Positions 37,725-50,884 of a stretch of 64,000 bases of DNA are shown here, one piece after another. The stretch comes from Saccostrea echinata (taxonomy: Eukaryota). How positions within the stretch are numbered: the first letter of the stretch is position 1; each line of letters opens with the position of its first letter. Under the pieces are notes generated by a model. It was not told the DNA's origin, ran no database searches, and saw only the letters and a program-made list of their open reading frames with translations. The DNA lies in contig NW_026889764.1 of NCBI RefSeq assembly GCF_033153115.1, positions 13,454,001 to 13,518,000 on the forward strand, read 5' to 3'. A program made the translations under genes and the position numbers.

Positions 37725-38436
37725 GAATATAAATTTTCATTGCAAAAAAAAATTGTTTTTATAGTTATAGCATAAAATACATGTATTGTAAACCTGCAAA
37801 AGCAACAACTTTTGGTAATCATGTTTTTTTTATACATATCCATACCTTTTAGGAGATTGATTCCTCAAGAGAACCTAAACTTCTTGGTAATCAATCTCAT
37901 AAGCTGTAGGGTTATGGAAATATCAGCTTACCCAAAGCTGTTGCATTTGTAAATATTGAGGGAGATAAATGTGATGGACCAGACCATGATGCAAATCAGG
38001 TCCCCTGAATCACTAGTCAGGTGCTTTACCAACTGAGTTCTCCGACCACTAGTGATAATACCTGCTTGACCGCCAAGCATTTAATAGCAAGAAGCCAAAT
38101 GCCGCTCACACTGCAAGCTCTTAAAGGAATTCCTGGGGGAAAAGAAAATTCGGACTGTGCACATTGATCCAAACAATTTTTTTCCATAGTTACCCTTGGA
38201 CCTACAATGCAACATGAATGCCTCTTGCTGCTAACTACGTTCTTGAGGTAACAACAAAAGTTCACCAAATAGAATTAATATTCACATGATTTAATCGATA
38301 TTGCAAACTAATAGTTGATTCGATGTTTTTTTTGTTTTAATTTGCACTTTTCAGACTTCAATTTGGTAATGCAACTAACATACAACGTCATGTGTTGCAC
38401 AGTCTAGACGTTCCAAATGTCTTGTGTGGTTTGAAT

Positions 38437-38555
38437 CATAGGCACTCCCCAGCTTAATTGTTAAAAAATATATATCTACTATACTATAAACATATGTTAT
38501 GTTTATAGTATAGTAGATATATATTTTTTAACAATTAAGCTGGGGAGTGCCTATG
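38437..38555. repeat. Perfect inverted repeat, 58-bp arms with 3-nt loop
   Basis: 38437-38494 is the exact reverse complement of 38498-38555. Confidence 0.95.
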
Positions 38556-38676
38556 GGTTATTGCTGTTCTGTGTGTTTTTTGTCTACTTTGCCATTATTC
38601 TAAGTTTTGTAGTTCATTGGGCTTATGTTACAAGAATCATCAAGTATCCTAAGCAAAAGTCCATATTTTTACTTAC

Positions 38677-39207
38677 AATATTCTCCTAAAAGTCACTGAA
38701 ACACGTTTTCTTCCTCTCACTCGCTCTCCTTTTACCGGAAAATAACAAACGTATACTAAATGGAAAACTTGAATTCATTGAATGATTCATATTTACGGAT
38801 GATCTAAAATTTAAAAAAAAAAAGAATAAAAATCATTTTTGTATCAACTTATCAACTAATATTTGTTAAAATTTTGACGCAGTTTTCTTTGGATTTTTAT
38901 TCACTTTGGTTTATAACTCGATTTTTTTTTCCGGAAATCGAAATACGCTCTTCTCCAGTTTTCATTTACCGAAGTAAGATCATTTTCCTGTGTTGACTTG
39001 CAAAAAGGTTTGGCACGTGTATAGACTTTCAATTCTAAATTGTATTTGATTAACTCATTATTCTGTTATTTTTGTTCATGATTATGATTTTTTTGGTCTG
39101 TCTTGCTTTAACATGTTTCATATATATTTATTCATTTTTCCGGACAACGAAGACATTTGTTTGACTCGAGATCATCATTCAGAGATAAACTGATAAAAAA
39201 GCTGTAC
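38677..39207. promoter_or_regulatory. Putative bidirectional promoter region for REXO4 and the POLR1G-like gene
   Basis: Minus-strand donor GTAAGT at 38676-38671 suggests a non-coding REXO4 first exon; first plus-strand coding exon at 39208; CCGGAA (ETS-type) motifs near 38735, 38931 and 39138. Confidence 0.45.
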
Positions 39208-42200
39208 ATGCAACTTTCTAAACAAGCAGGGTTTTCAGGTAAATAGTGTTTGATTTTCAAATTAAAAATCATTTTCATATGTATGCTTTAATCTCTGGAT
39301 CTCTGCAGATTGTTAACTTGAGAGTAGGATGTAAGTGGAATATCCAACCCCTGTACATATTTCAGGTGTACATTCTCACAGACAGGTAATCCGAGATTCT
39401 TCGGACTCTGACCTCCACTTTTAAATTGTGTCACATGCAGGGAGCCGGCACATGTCACAATATAAAAGTGGGGTTAGAGTCAGAGGAATCTCGGGTTAGC
39501 AGACGGGATCAGCAGGTAAATTTAACAAAAATTTTTAAATAGCTCAATACATGGGCATAAAAGTATTTTGAACTTAACTTTATCAAGTCTATGTCAAAGG
39601 TAAATACAAAAAAGTTTTAGTTTTGCATTTTTTTATCATTTGGGGGGGGGGGGGGGGGGGGTAGGGCCGTATTAATACATGTATATCAATACATACAGAT
39701 ATTCAAGAATGTATCGTATCAAAAACAGAACTTCCAATAGGGCAGGCACTTTTTCTTATAATTCTGTGAAAAAGTTGGGAATTTCAATCAACCTATGATA
39801 CTATTTAATTGTTTTGAATTAAAACTAATCAATAAATGATATAAACATTAAGAAGATAGCACATCTTTATAATTAATACAAAATATATGGATAATTATAT
39901 TTGAACATGTTGGTTTTACAGTCATTAAAAGTTTGAATAAGAAGTATTTTGTAATCATGACAGTGAGACAAGAACTTCAAAAATTAGGCAATTGCCTGAC
40001 AAAACACACATGGAATTTAGGCAATTGCTACAAAGTTTACAATCTTTTTGTTAAATATTTATGTAAGTTATGTACTGTTTAAAATTGAGTCTTCCAGATG
40101 TCAAGTAAACTCACAACCTAACAGAATTGCAACCAAATATTGCTCAGGAAACCAGGAGTTTTACACTTCGTTTATTATTTTGTCCCATTTTGTAATTTGT
40201 AGAAAGTGAGGATGTTATTACCAGTGACATTCTGAGAATTGCTGGGAAGATTTCAAGAAAAATAGAGAGGAAACAAAGAAAACACAGAAGCAGAAAAACA
40301 AATGAAACAGGTAAGCAATTTTCACATTAAATAAATGCAAAAGAAAAAAAAACAAAAAAACTTGTGATAAAGTTCCAACAGTTTTGTTTCCTTAATATAG
40401 ATATTGTTTCATTCATTTGTTAAATATCTAATACATGTAAGTCCATATCACTGGGCTTAATTGAGGCTTATTTGTACAGGGTCCTAGCTGTACCCTGTCA
40501 ATTGGGACTTTTAAATTGAAAAAAGTGAAGAAAATTTGATTGTATTAATGTTTACTGTAAAATAAAGACATTTTATTTTTTTTGTTTATTTATTTATTTA
40601 TTTTTATTTATTTATTTTTTTTTTTTTTTTACATTTTATGAACAATCATGACAATCATGATCTGAAATTTAAATTCAGTCTGCTTCTCATTTAGGGAATT
40701 TTTACTTTGTCTTTTGAAGAAAAGAGTTAATTTTAAGCTGGAACTTGGTCTTTGTATGGGCTTTGTATGCAATAATTATAAAGTCCTCTAATGCATTTAA
40801 AAACTGCTGGGAATGAAAACTTGTACAGTATATTAAACTTCATCAAACATTTGTTTCCTGTAACCAAGTTTTACTGTATCCATAAGATCATTTTGATGGG
40901 TATTGACAAATAATGTGGCTATTGATAGACATGTTTATACCAAGCCACTAGAGGTATAGATTATATGTCATTACAATTACATTTTTTTTACAATAACTAA
41001 TCATGCTGATCATGTAATACTTGTATACATATGCTCATTTAGATGATTTTACAACACAAGATTCAACAGGACTAGCTTGTTTTCAATATCCTGATTCTGG
41101 AATGCCATCTAGCAAGAAAAGAAAGTCAAAGCAAGAAAACAAATCTTCAGATATGTCACCCTCTGAGAAAGAGGAGATGTTCTCTCCACCACAGATAGAA
41201 GAGTTAGAAGGTGTAACTTCTCCAAAAAAGAGAAAAAAACATAAACTTCCAGAGGAAGATAAAAGTGAATCTGTGACAGATAATGGAGTATCTAGTTCTA
41301 ATGCCAGTCATGTGTTCTCTCCAAAGAAGAGAAAACAGACAGAGAGTGAAAGTAGGGACAGTTCTGTGTCTAGTAGGAAGAAAAAGAAAAAAGATGCTAC
41401 ATGTGACTCTAGAGAAAATATCAACGAACGTGACAAAGACTCTAGTGTAGTGAGTTCTGGTGATCATGGTTCTGACAAAAGTGAAGGAAAGCCTAAACAA
41501 AAAAAGCAGACAGCAGCACAACTCCACAAATTTAGGTAAACACTGTATTTGTATAATGACAGGTGTTGTGGAAGTCAGATTAGGGGGATTTCCTACACAG
41601 ACTTTCAAAATCCAAATTGGGGTGAAGCATGTTACAGTTACATGAAAAATATAATGTCAGTGTTGTAAGTATATAATAGCCAGTGCAACTGTACTTAAAA
41701 ACATATATACTAGCATATTAATTTTTAATTTTATTCCTTTAACAGGTTTCAGAGGAAGGGCTTTCAACAGGTGGATGTGTCTTCAACCGTTGACCCAGTT
41801 CTGTCAGAGAATCTAGCAAAGAATAAAGATTTCTGGCTAATTAAAGCTCCTTCTGATGTAAGGACTAAAGTTTCTCTTATAAATTTTAATTTATTTTGAA
41901 TTGATGTTTCATTTTTTCAGTTTTCAATTTATCGTTTATTTGTTTTGTTTTATGATAAATAATTTTTCTCAAAAAGTATTTTTGCTTTTTGTAGAACTTT
42001 TATTTCATATATATTTTTCCCTTCTTTTTTGGTATTACAGTTTGATATCACATCTTTAAACGAGAAGACAGTTTCTTTAACTGACAGAGTTATTGAACTT
42101 GACTTACCTGATCAGAAATGTGATCTTGTTGTTTCTCATCAGCCTTCAGAGTTATGTCCCTTGATTAGCAACCAGTCCACAGGACATTTGCAGCAAGGTT

Positions 42201-45200
42201 GGTATATGCCAGTATGTGTATACCAGACATTGTTAAAAATAAAAAATTAAGTGCAAGTTAGATAAGCAGCATCTGTATCCCAGCAACATGTAAATACACC
42301 AGAGATGCACAGTGGACAGAAGATCAACCTTTTTAAGTACACAGATAATCAATATACTGGTAACTTTTGACCTTTCTAAATATTCAGATGAAACAAAAAT
42401 TGTACATAAATTGTTGAACTTTATATCAACATTCATATTCAGGTTAAATATGATGTATATTGTCCACTGCAAAGTGTTATATATGCATAATTTTGCAAGA
42501 GGTGTGTTCAACAATGCGAGTGCTTTTGAGTGCTCATGATAATATTTTCCTCCAACAGAATGTTTGTAAACGTTTATGAGCACCTGTTCTGTTGAACAGT
42601 CCTCTGGTATATTCCACATCAAGTAAAATTTAGATCACCTCCTGCCTTTTTTGGTACATGTATATTTCATGTGTTATTTTGTCAATACATTGTAATATTG
42701 AGTGTATTTACAGGGGGAAGTTTTGGGGGTCAGCTTCAGATTATAGGCAGTATAGATGTACCTCCTGTCCCTCCAATACAGGTACCTCCTAGGAAAGAAC
42801 ATACCATTCCAGAATGCCTCAAACAGAGATATGTACCTTTTGGAGCAGGTAAGTACACAAATTTATATTGTTGAAAATTTTAATGGAAAGAAGATGGGCA
42901 AACAAGGCGAGCAAAATGCCTATGGTGCGACAAGCTGAAAAATAAATCTCAATTATAACAAAATTTTCTTTGATATTTCATCTATCAATGTAAGATCTCC
43001 ACAATGTGCAAAAATCTCACAAAGATTGAAATTATTCATCTATGAAATAGCATACACACAGCAAAGAGGGCAAAAATGCATTTCTTCAAACTATAACATA
43101 ATTTTTCCATATGAGTGGGTCTTTACTCCATTATTTTGGAAAGTTCATCCTCAAAGTATACATAAATATATGTTTTTTGGTTGAAAAAAAACATGGAAGC
43201 AGAGCAAAGACCCACTATACCTTAAAGATGCACTCTTTTGACACAATATTTGTATCTTTCCAAGAAATATTTGAAGTCCATTTAGTCAAGGATCATATTA
43301 CAAACATGATTTAAATGCCAGTATTTATTCAAAAGTAAATATGATTTTTATACATCTGAAGCTATAGGCATTTTGCATGCCTTGTTGCTCATCTCCTTTT
43401 CAAAATAAATAAAAAATGTAATTTGCATAACAATGTTCATTGTATGTGTACATGTACATGCAATAATAGTTCAGAAGATGTAGCTTTCAATACCTTTTCT
43501 ATCTCATTTCAGACATCCCTGTCAAAAGTTCCCCATCAAAGAAGAAAAAGAAACACAAGAAAGGTAGACAAACTGTACATGTACTTAATCTATTCATCCA
43601 GGTAAATTTTTCAAATCCAGCTCAATCAGAAATATACACTTTATGATAATTTTTTCTTTATTTCCAAGATAAGTCTGTATGGTTCAGATTATTTTGACTG
43701 CATTTTCACATGTATTTTTGCTGCTTTACAATGGGACTTTATTAATATATACTAAATCAAGAATCACTGTACAGTTATTCCACAAAAACATGACCAATTA
43801 AGAATTTTTTATGTCGCTTACAAATTTACCATTGTAATATCTTAACTATAAATTTAAAGGTCGATTTCAACTCTATGAAAGATACACACATTGTTTTGTA
43901 AATATTCACCAATATATATGCAGTTAAAGTTTTGATATGAACATAATGCAATGTTGAAAAACATATTCCACTGCAAATCTTAATGTCGTTTCATTTATTT
44001 ACAAATTTCAAGATGAAATTTCCAGCCATAAAATCGTTCTGAATAGATTGCAATGAATGTTAAAAAATGTCTTTTATCTTATATAAAAAGAAATCAAACC
44101 ACTTCTTGCAAAGAAATGCATGGATCTCCTTTCATGCAAAATCATAAGCATGTCGCTTAAAATTGATTAACTTCCGTAACGATTTTGTCTTAAATTTCAC
44201 GCATAGAATGCAGATTTCAAAAAGAACTGAAACTTATCTGAAAGTGACCACGGAACCTTATATCATCAATTCTAGTTGAGAGACAGCTATTTTAAACGAT
44301 AACATTTTCGACATAACAAAATGAATTAGACAAAAACAGTTGTCTCTCTTAAAAATTTAACTTCCGTAACGGTAATTCAGGAAAGTTTTTGCATTAAAGG
44401 TATAAATTTTTTTATTATTTTGGAAGCGAAATGCTTCATACTTTTGTTTAATATACTAAAACAAACTTGATTTTAACTATTGAATAGAATTTTAACTTTT
44501 ATTGCTAGGAATTAACTTCCGTAACGATTAACTTCCGTAATAATATTTTTCCGGAAAATTTAATTTAAATTCGGATTCGTGCGAGACTTCATGAATCATA
44601 CTTCAGCATTCTTTACTGAACATCAGAAACGAAAAATTGTTCAAATTCAGCTTTATTTAAAAAATAATAAGGCTTGTTCAAGCATTAATTTCCGTAACAT
44701 TACCTTTAAATCAATGGTACATGTGTCTTGAAATTGTTGTAAAAAGTTAACGATACCAGATTTGTGTACATTTTTTTGTTTTCAAGTTCACTGATATGTC
44801 CTTAAGAGAATTATGATATTCATTTTGTTATTTGAAACAATAATTTTTTTTCATGTTTTAAACTCTAAATTGGTCCATTTATTGTTGAATGACTGTGTAG
44901 TGAAAGTAAACTAGATAATTAATGAAAAAGGTAAGTATTGAAAAATCTATCCATCAAAAGCCAAAACATGGTTTAAAAAAATATGAACTAGCATGCACAC
45001 ATATAGCTACTCACTTTATTCAGTACTCAAATTATGGCAGTTCTGGTTGTAGAAAATTGTATATAATTGTCTCAATTCATGAGTGAAAGGGCAAGTTTTT
45101 ATAAAGTTGCAAGGATACAGTTTATTTGATACATTATTTCTATTGCAGATCATAAGGAAAGTACTGAGGAAGATCACAAAAAACAAAAGAAAAAGAAGAG

Positions 45201-45213
45201 AAAGAAAAGCTGA
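39208..45213 (+). CDS. POLR1G: RNA polymerase I subunit RPA34/PAF49 (CD3EAP)-like, about 383 aa
   Basis: Exons 39208-39238, 40203-40310, 41043-41535, 41746-41857, 42041-42197, 42714-42848, 43513-43563, 45149-45213, phase-consistent. FWLIKAPSDFD and IPECLKQRYVPFG match the RPA34 core motifs (LWLIQAPADF, IPPGLRPRFCAFG in human as I recall it); Lys-rich tail. Start codon is uncertain. Confidence 0.78.
39387..39498. repeat. Imperfect ~110-nt hairpin (palindromic MITE-like) in the first POLR1G-like intron
   Basis: TAATCCGAGATTCTTCGGACTCTGACCTCCACTTTTAAATTGTG pairs with CACAATATAAAAGTGGGGTTAGAGTCAGAGGAATCTCGGGTTA. Confidence 0.8.
43770..44897. mobile_element. Non-autonomous DNA element with internal TTAACTTCCGTAAC repeats
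   Basis: Imperfect TIR CAGTTATTCCACAAAAACATGACCAATT / AATTGGTCCATTTATTGTTGAATGACTG; motif near 44167, 44357, 44512, 44528, 44686. Confidence 0.65.
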
Positions 45214-45349
45214 TTTTTGTTTATGTTACTATATATTCTAGATAAAATAAAAAAAATATTAATACTTGTTTATGGTGTTTTTGTTATAACCAGTTTTTAG
45301 CTCACCTGAACAGATGTCAATTCCTGATGACTGAGGAGGAATAATTACA

Positions 45350-46450
45350 CACTGAAATTTTATTTACTAAAACTTAAAAAGTTTTTTTTTGAAACTTTTA
45401 AACAGTATATATATAAATCCTTATTACTCCTGTAAAAAAGACAATCAAATGAGTGAAGAATTTTTAGCAAATAGAGTAGTGAAACAAGGTGATAACCTGA
45501 GTCCAACACTTTTCAATATTTTTTTTGATGATTTAGTAAAATATATCAATAATACAGCCACAGTTCAAGCTCATTTAGATTCAATGCCTATAAGCCACAT
45601 GTTTTTTGCTGATGATCTTATTCTTGTTGGAGACACATACTGGTTTACAGAAATGTATAGTTACATGTATTTTAAGTAAATATTATCATGAATGGAAATT
45701 ATGTGTGAACATGGAAAAAACAAATGATATGATTTTTTCTCAAAGTGCAGATAATGAAAATGAGTATGGTTTTTACTACAATCATAGTCCTATAGAAATA
45801 ACAAATCAGTATAAATATTTGGTACTTGTATTTAAATCTGGAAAAATGAAATTCTCAGCGGAACAACTATCAGAAAGAGCTAGATCCGAAAAAGCCTATT
45901 ATGCTGTGAAAAACTAAATTTCCAGCTAAAATAAATTTTTCTGTCGAGAAACTTTATAGATGTATGATTACTCCAGTCTTAACTTATGGTTCTGAAATTT
46001 GGATTGCAGACTACAAATGTGATTTATTATCCTCAGATCATTTCCCATTTGAAAAAATACAACTACATATATTAAAAGACATTCTGGGTGTTCAAAATCA
46101 TCTAATATTGCTGTTCTATATGAGTTGGGACAATTCCCTCTAATTTTTATTTGTGTTTAGAAAATATGTGTAAATTTTATTTAAGATTGAAAAATTTCGA
46201 GTCAGAGAATGAGCATATAATGACCAATTTGTGGAGTCGGCATTTAAGGAGGATAAAACACGGGGGTCTAGAGTATCTTGGCAGAGAAAACTTTTTACTG
46301 TACAACAGAAATTGTCTTTATCTTCATTGGACATATCATATAAAACTCAAGTTATAAATTAGAGGAGCATTATCATAACAAAATACGTGAACAATTAAAG
46401 AACATTTCCAAATCTGATTCTGGAAAATTAACTTTTTATAGTAATATAAT
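45350..46450 (+). mobile_element. Degraded non-LTR retrotransposon RT (RTE-X/L2-like)
   Basis: VKQGDNLSPTLFNIFFDDL, FFADDLIL, WKLCVNMEKT, YKYL, PVLTYGSEIW with frameshifts. Confidence 0.8.
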
Positions 46451-46567
46451 AATTTTAAAAATGATTCTTGTGGGTGTGCTTTCCATACATCTCTTAAAAT
46501 CGTGTATTATTCGCGAATAAGTTTCTGTAAGACTTGTCTTGTTCCGACGTTGCCCTTTTTCAGGAGA

Positions 46568-47070
46568 ATGTCGAGAGAGAGAAAACCGGGAGGGAAATCA
46601 GCGTTTATCACCGTAGGCACCACACAGTTTGAGAAACTGACCAACGCTATTTGTAGTTCAGCCGTTCTTACAGTAAGCGCAATAAGTTTGATTTAGATCC
46701 ATGGTTATTTAACCTGTGTAAATAACTTGTATATTAACTCGAATTTCCTCAGTTATTTTTAATGGAATGTCGACCATCAGAATTGCCATATGGCATGACA
46801 TCTTCATTGACGGAACCCTGGCAAAATAAATGAAAGGTGTCTCTGGGTTTGACTTAGAGCCTAACACTCTAACGTTACTGAATGTTCTCTTTTTTTGGTA
46901 AATTGACGAAACCAAGCTAAAATAGTGTAAGAAAAATCTTGTTAGGCTGATAATGGGGAGAGCCAGTTTGAAGTCTTTTGTTTTGAGATGACATTTAAGA
47001 AGCCGTGATCAGGATAAGTTTGATACGTTTGTAGCCTGAGAACCACAGACACCTGCTAATGTATGGATGA

Positions 47071-47102
<32 letters not shown>

Positions 47103-48763
47103 TCTGAGAATGTTTTAACACACAAATATACAATATATCCTTATTGTGTCTTGAAAATCTCAGAATGGGGGAGTGGTAGGTTTTACAGCCCTGCCTATGA
47201 GGAAACTTGACACAAAAACACTTTTTTTAATGTGTTCAATAATTTTTTTCTGCTATGTATTCAAAAGGAAGAGTAGGAAATCACAAGGAAAGACAATTGT
47301 TTTGGCCAGGTCTGATTCATTCCTTAAACTTGAAGTGTCTTTGTTTGTCATTTCATACCAAGTCATGTTCTCTTTTGAGTTCCATGTGTTACATGAAAGC
47401 AAAGATCCACAGTTACATGACAAACAAAAAAAAAATTAAAGCCAAATTATGCATCTACAAGTTGAAATTCCGATAGAGAACTATTTTATAGCAAAGTTTC
47501 CCAATTGAACATGTTCAATGCTTATCATTACACATGTAAGCTAGATTGACCAGACACTGCAACCTTGGTAACTACAGATACTTTGGCTCTGGTTGCCTCA
47601 TACATAGCATGTGAATGCTAGTATTTTATATTAATATAATTTTGAAGAAAAAATTCTTTCATTTTTAGACTCTTCTCAATTTGGGTTACAGAAAAGTCAA
47701 AGTTCAAATAGGCCATGGTAAGGAGCCTATTGTAGACAGGGTACCAGGTTTAGAAGTTGAAGTTTATAGGTTAAAGCCCAGTATCAGTGAAGACATCAAT
47801 CAGGCCGACTTAGTCATCAGTCATGCAGGTAAGTGTGGATAGTATATAACTAGTATGCAGAATTTGTGGACACATGAATGCAGATCAGCGTCATCTAATA
47901 TCATTTAATAAGATACCTTGTTACTAAAATTAAAACTTAGCTGGTGGAAACCAGTGATATTTAAACTTTCAACACATCCACATACTCTATTTCTTGAACT
48001 ACAAATATCAGATACACGCTGGGGAAATAATTTACGTGTGAAAACTTATTTGAATGATTTACCATGTTTACAGGAGCTGGAAGTTGCTTAGAAACTTTGG
48101 CAGCAAACAAACCACTTCTTGTTGTGATCAATGATGATTTAATGAATAATCATCAATTAGAGCTTGCGTATCAACTCAACAAGGACAAACATTTATTTTA
48201 CTGCACAACAAGGTGGGCATCCTATGTTTAACTTCCATGTAGCATCATTTATAAATAGATATCAAATTCTTTGAATATCTACACCCTCTGCTATCCAGGG
48301 TAAAAATTCTAGACATATAATACTCATGATTTTTCTATCTTTTTTGGGAAGTTTACAATTTGCATTTACAAACATGATAAAACAGTACATTTTGGATTGA
48401 GTATTCCTAGTTCTACATGTACAGCTCATATTTTGCTGTTAATTAAATGTTTGATGAAAATAAATGAATTCTATAATTGTTGTCGAATATGGTAAATACT
48501 CAGTAATTTCCCCCAATAATGCAGAAGTGTTTTCTGTCATATGTGGAGAAAAATTTTTGTGTGCTCTTGTCAATTTTTATTTATCTGCTGTTCCGAGTAA
48601 ATAATGTGCATATGATCTGATGTTATTTTATTTTAGCACCTTAGTGGAGACACTTTCTTCTGTGGATTTTTCTGTATTAAAACCATTTCCTCCTGGCCAG
48701 CCACAGAAGTTTGGTGAATTCCTTGACAATCTATTTGGCTTTAGTGAACAGAAACAGTCCTAG
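46568..48763 (+). CDS. ALG13: UDP-GlcNAc transferase subunit ALG13, short GT28-C form, 176 aa
   Basis: Exons 46568-46672, 47669-47828, 48074-48212, 48637-48763. Motifs [61 protein letters not shown]. Confidence 0.95.
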
Positions 48764-49076
48764 GAGTAGGTAGTTAATATCCTGATCATAATCATTCATG
48801 TAAGGAGATGAATTAATATAAGTTTTTAAACTTCTCTCTGAATCCTGGTAGATCTTCATTGTATATCTGTACTTTATGGTTGTAATTTTCAAATAAAATA
48901 TGGTATAAACTAAACATGTACAGTGTGTCATAAATGATAAAACATTTAACAATGTAAATCCATTTCATCTTCAGTTACATTATGTAGTTAAAACAATTTT
49001 TTAACAAAATCTTTTTTTTTCCATTTCAGAAAGAAAATATATATTCTGATCTGCCGTGTTTCTCAGTGGGGGAAGT

Positions 49077-49892
49077 ATGTTGTTAAAGGAACTTTGTCTT
49101 CAGAAAAGAAGCATGGCTTCTTTATGGAGTGTCATATATAGACTTTCAAGGAACATTCACCAAAATGCAGCAGTAAAAGACACCAAAACCCAAAGTAAAC
49201 TTTTCACAAAAGATAATCTGAGAGTGCATTCTTCAAGCATTCCAAGAACATTTGTTATTTCCGCTGACACTCCCAGAAGATCTATAACAACAAGTGTTGT
49301 GTTAACTTCTAACAAGCAAGAAGTGTGTGATAATGGAGATTGTGCATCTCATCAGAGTGATAATTCATCTGGTAAAGGAGATTTAGTCTCTACTGATAAA
49401 CAAGAGAAAGCTGTTGGACGTCCTAAACCAGAGTTCAAATGTTTCTATTATTTCCCACCAGTTAACATCATACGACTTATACAAAGATTCCAACTTCTGG
49501 TGTATGCAACTCTGCTCCCTAGCTGTATCTATCACATATACACAATTCCTTCACCCTCAGTTCTTATGACAGGTTTTGTTGCTGCTAACGTACTGTTCAT
49601 GCCAGCGGTTCTCTATGTGATGCCGAGAACAATAGGAAGTTTGTCGGCAGGAGGGGTGGGGGAGGTCGTGGACACTCTCAAAGTCTCAAGATTATCTTTC
49701 TTTGGGAATAGAAAAGACAGTTATTATAAAATAGAGCATGTTAAACCTTTGTCCGAGGTTAGGCATGCAAATCTTGTGTATGCAAAGTTTGAATTGTATA
49801 ACAAGAAAGATAAGTTATATTTGTTTAACTCATGGGCTAAGATCCTTGATAAAGAAATGTATGAAATTATAATGGGGAGACTCAAAGAATAA
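49077..49892 (+). CDS. TMEM186: Transmembrane protein 186 (mitochondrial, TMEM70/186/223 family), single coding exon
   Basis: FYYFP..RF, two hydrophobic segments, TLKVSRLSFFGNRKD, VKPLSE, KILDKEMYEIIMG. ATG at 49077 or 49113 (the latter begins a transit-peptide-like MASLWSVIYRLSRN). Confidence 0.82.
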   Translation: MLLKELCLQKRSMASLWSVIYRLSRNIHQNAAVKDTKTQSKLFTKDNLRVHSSSIPRTFVISADTPRRSITTSVVLTSNKQEVCDNGDCASHQSDNSSGKGDLVSTDKQEKAVGRPKPEFKCFYYFPPVNIIRLIQRFQLLVYATLLPSCIYHIYTIPSPSVLMTGFVAANVLFMPAVLYVMPRTIGSLSAGGVGEVVDTLKVSRLSFFGNRKDSYYKIEHVKPLSEVRHANLVYAKFELYNKKDKLYLFNSWAKILDKEMYEIIMGRLKE

Positions 49893-50807
49893 ATGTGATT
49901 TACTAAATGATACATGTATTTATATGCTAATAAATTGTTCAGTGGAATCATAAATGTACATAAAAATTTAACCTTTTCTGTACATGTATTTAATACATGT
50001 ATAAGAGATATAGAGAATTTAGAAAAGACATTTTGTAGTATTACATATATACTGTGTAGAAGGATTGAAATCATTAGATTTGAATGCTTAGCCAAGACAG
50101 ATATAGTTTTCAATTCTTCTGAAGTAATGTTATTCAAAACTATTTTATAAATATGATAAAATATTTTTATAGCGAAGAAAATTGTCTTATGTAGGAAACG
50201 CTTTCTGGTAACTCATTTCTTTCAAATTGAAATGTAGAAAATTGAGTTAATCCCTTTTTCTATATGTGTCAAAAGTGGGCGGCATCTTTTCTATGACATC
50301 TTCTCCTCCAAAGCTTTGTTTTTCTTTCCTGTGATTGCTTTGTTCATGTTTTACAACAGTTCTGAAGTTTTTATTTGGCAAGATTCATGATTTACTTTTC
50401 TTGCTATAACAGTACGTAAACTTTTAATAAAAACAGTGAAGTCTGTCTAACCTGACTTGCACAGGGAGAGAAATTTTAAGTCAGAATAAACATGTCGGAT
50501 TCTGCAGTGTAAGATATAGAAAACCATAGAATGGGAATTTAAGTAAGGGTCAGAATTCACATTGAAACAGATTGATTAGGTTCTGGGTTTGACAGTTTTC
50601 ACTGTATGTAATTTTCATTGTGCCCATCTCAATATGACGTATTATTAAATGACACTGCCTATAGTTACGTAATCTGACTTATCTTTGACAAGCCCTTTAA
50701 ACCAGCTAGGCCCATAGGGTAAAATCATTTTAAGCGATAGTGCGTTTTATCTAGGTACTGTCCCTCTGTCTGCTTATTAGCTTTCTTGGCCTGTGAACAA
50801 TATTTTT

Positions 50808-50884
50808 TCCGAACCCGGGATGTAAGTATCAACACTTTACTCCAGAGCAAACGCTCTAACCAAGCACTGTGCCATGCGGGCGAC
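50808..50884 (-). mobile_element. tRNA-like SINE head fragment
   Basis: Reverse complement GTCGCCCGCATGGCACAG..GGTTAGAGCGTTTGCTCT matches the head at 55231. Confidence 0.55.

Noticed and set aside
39366-39515. Possible poison exon containing the hairpin in the POLR1G-like intron 1
   Set aside because: AG/GT boundaries and an in-frame stop exist, but such sites arise by chance and there is no transcript evidence.
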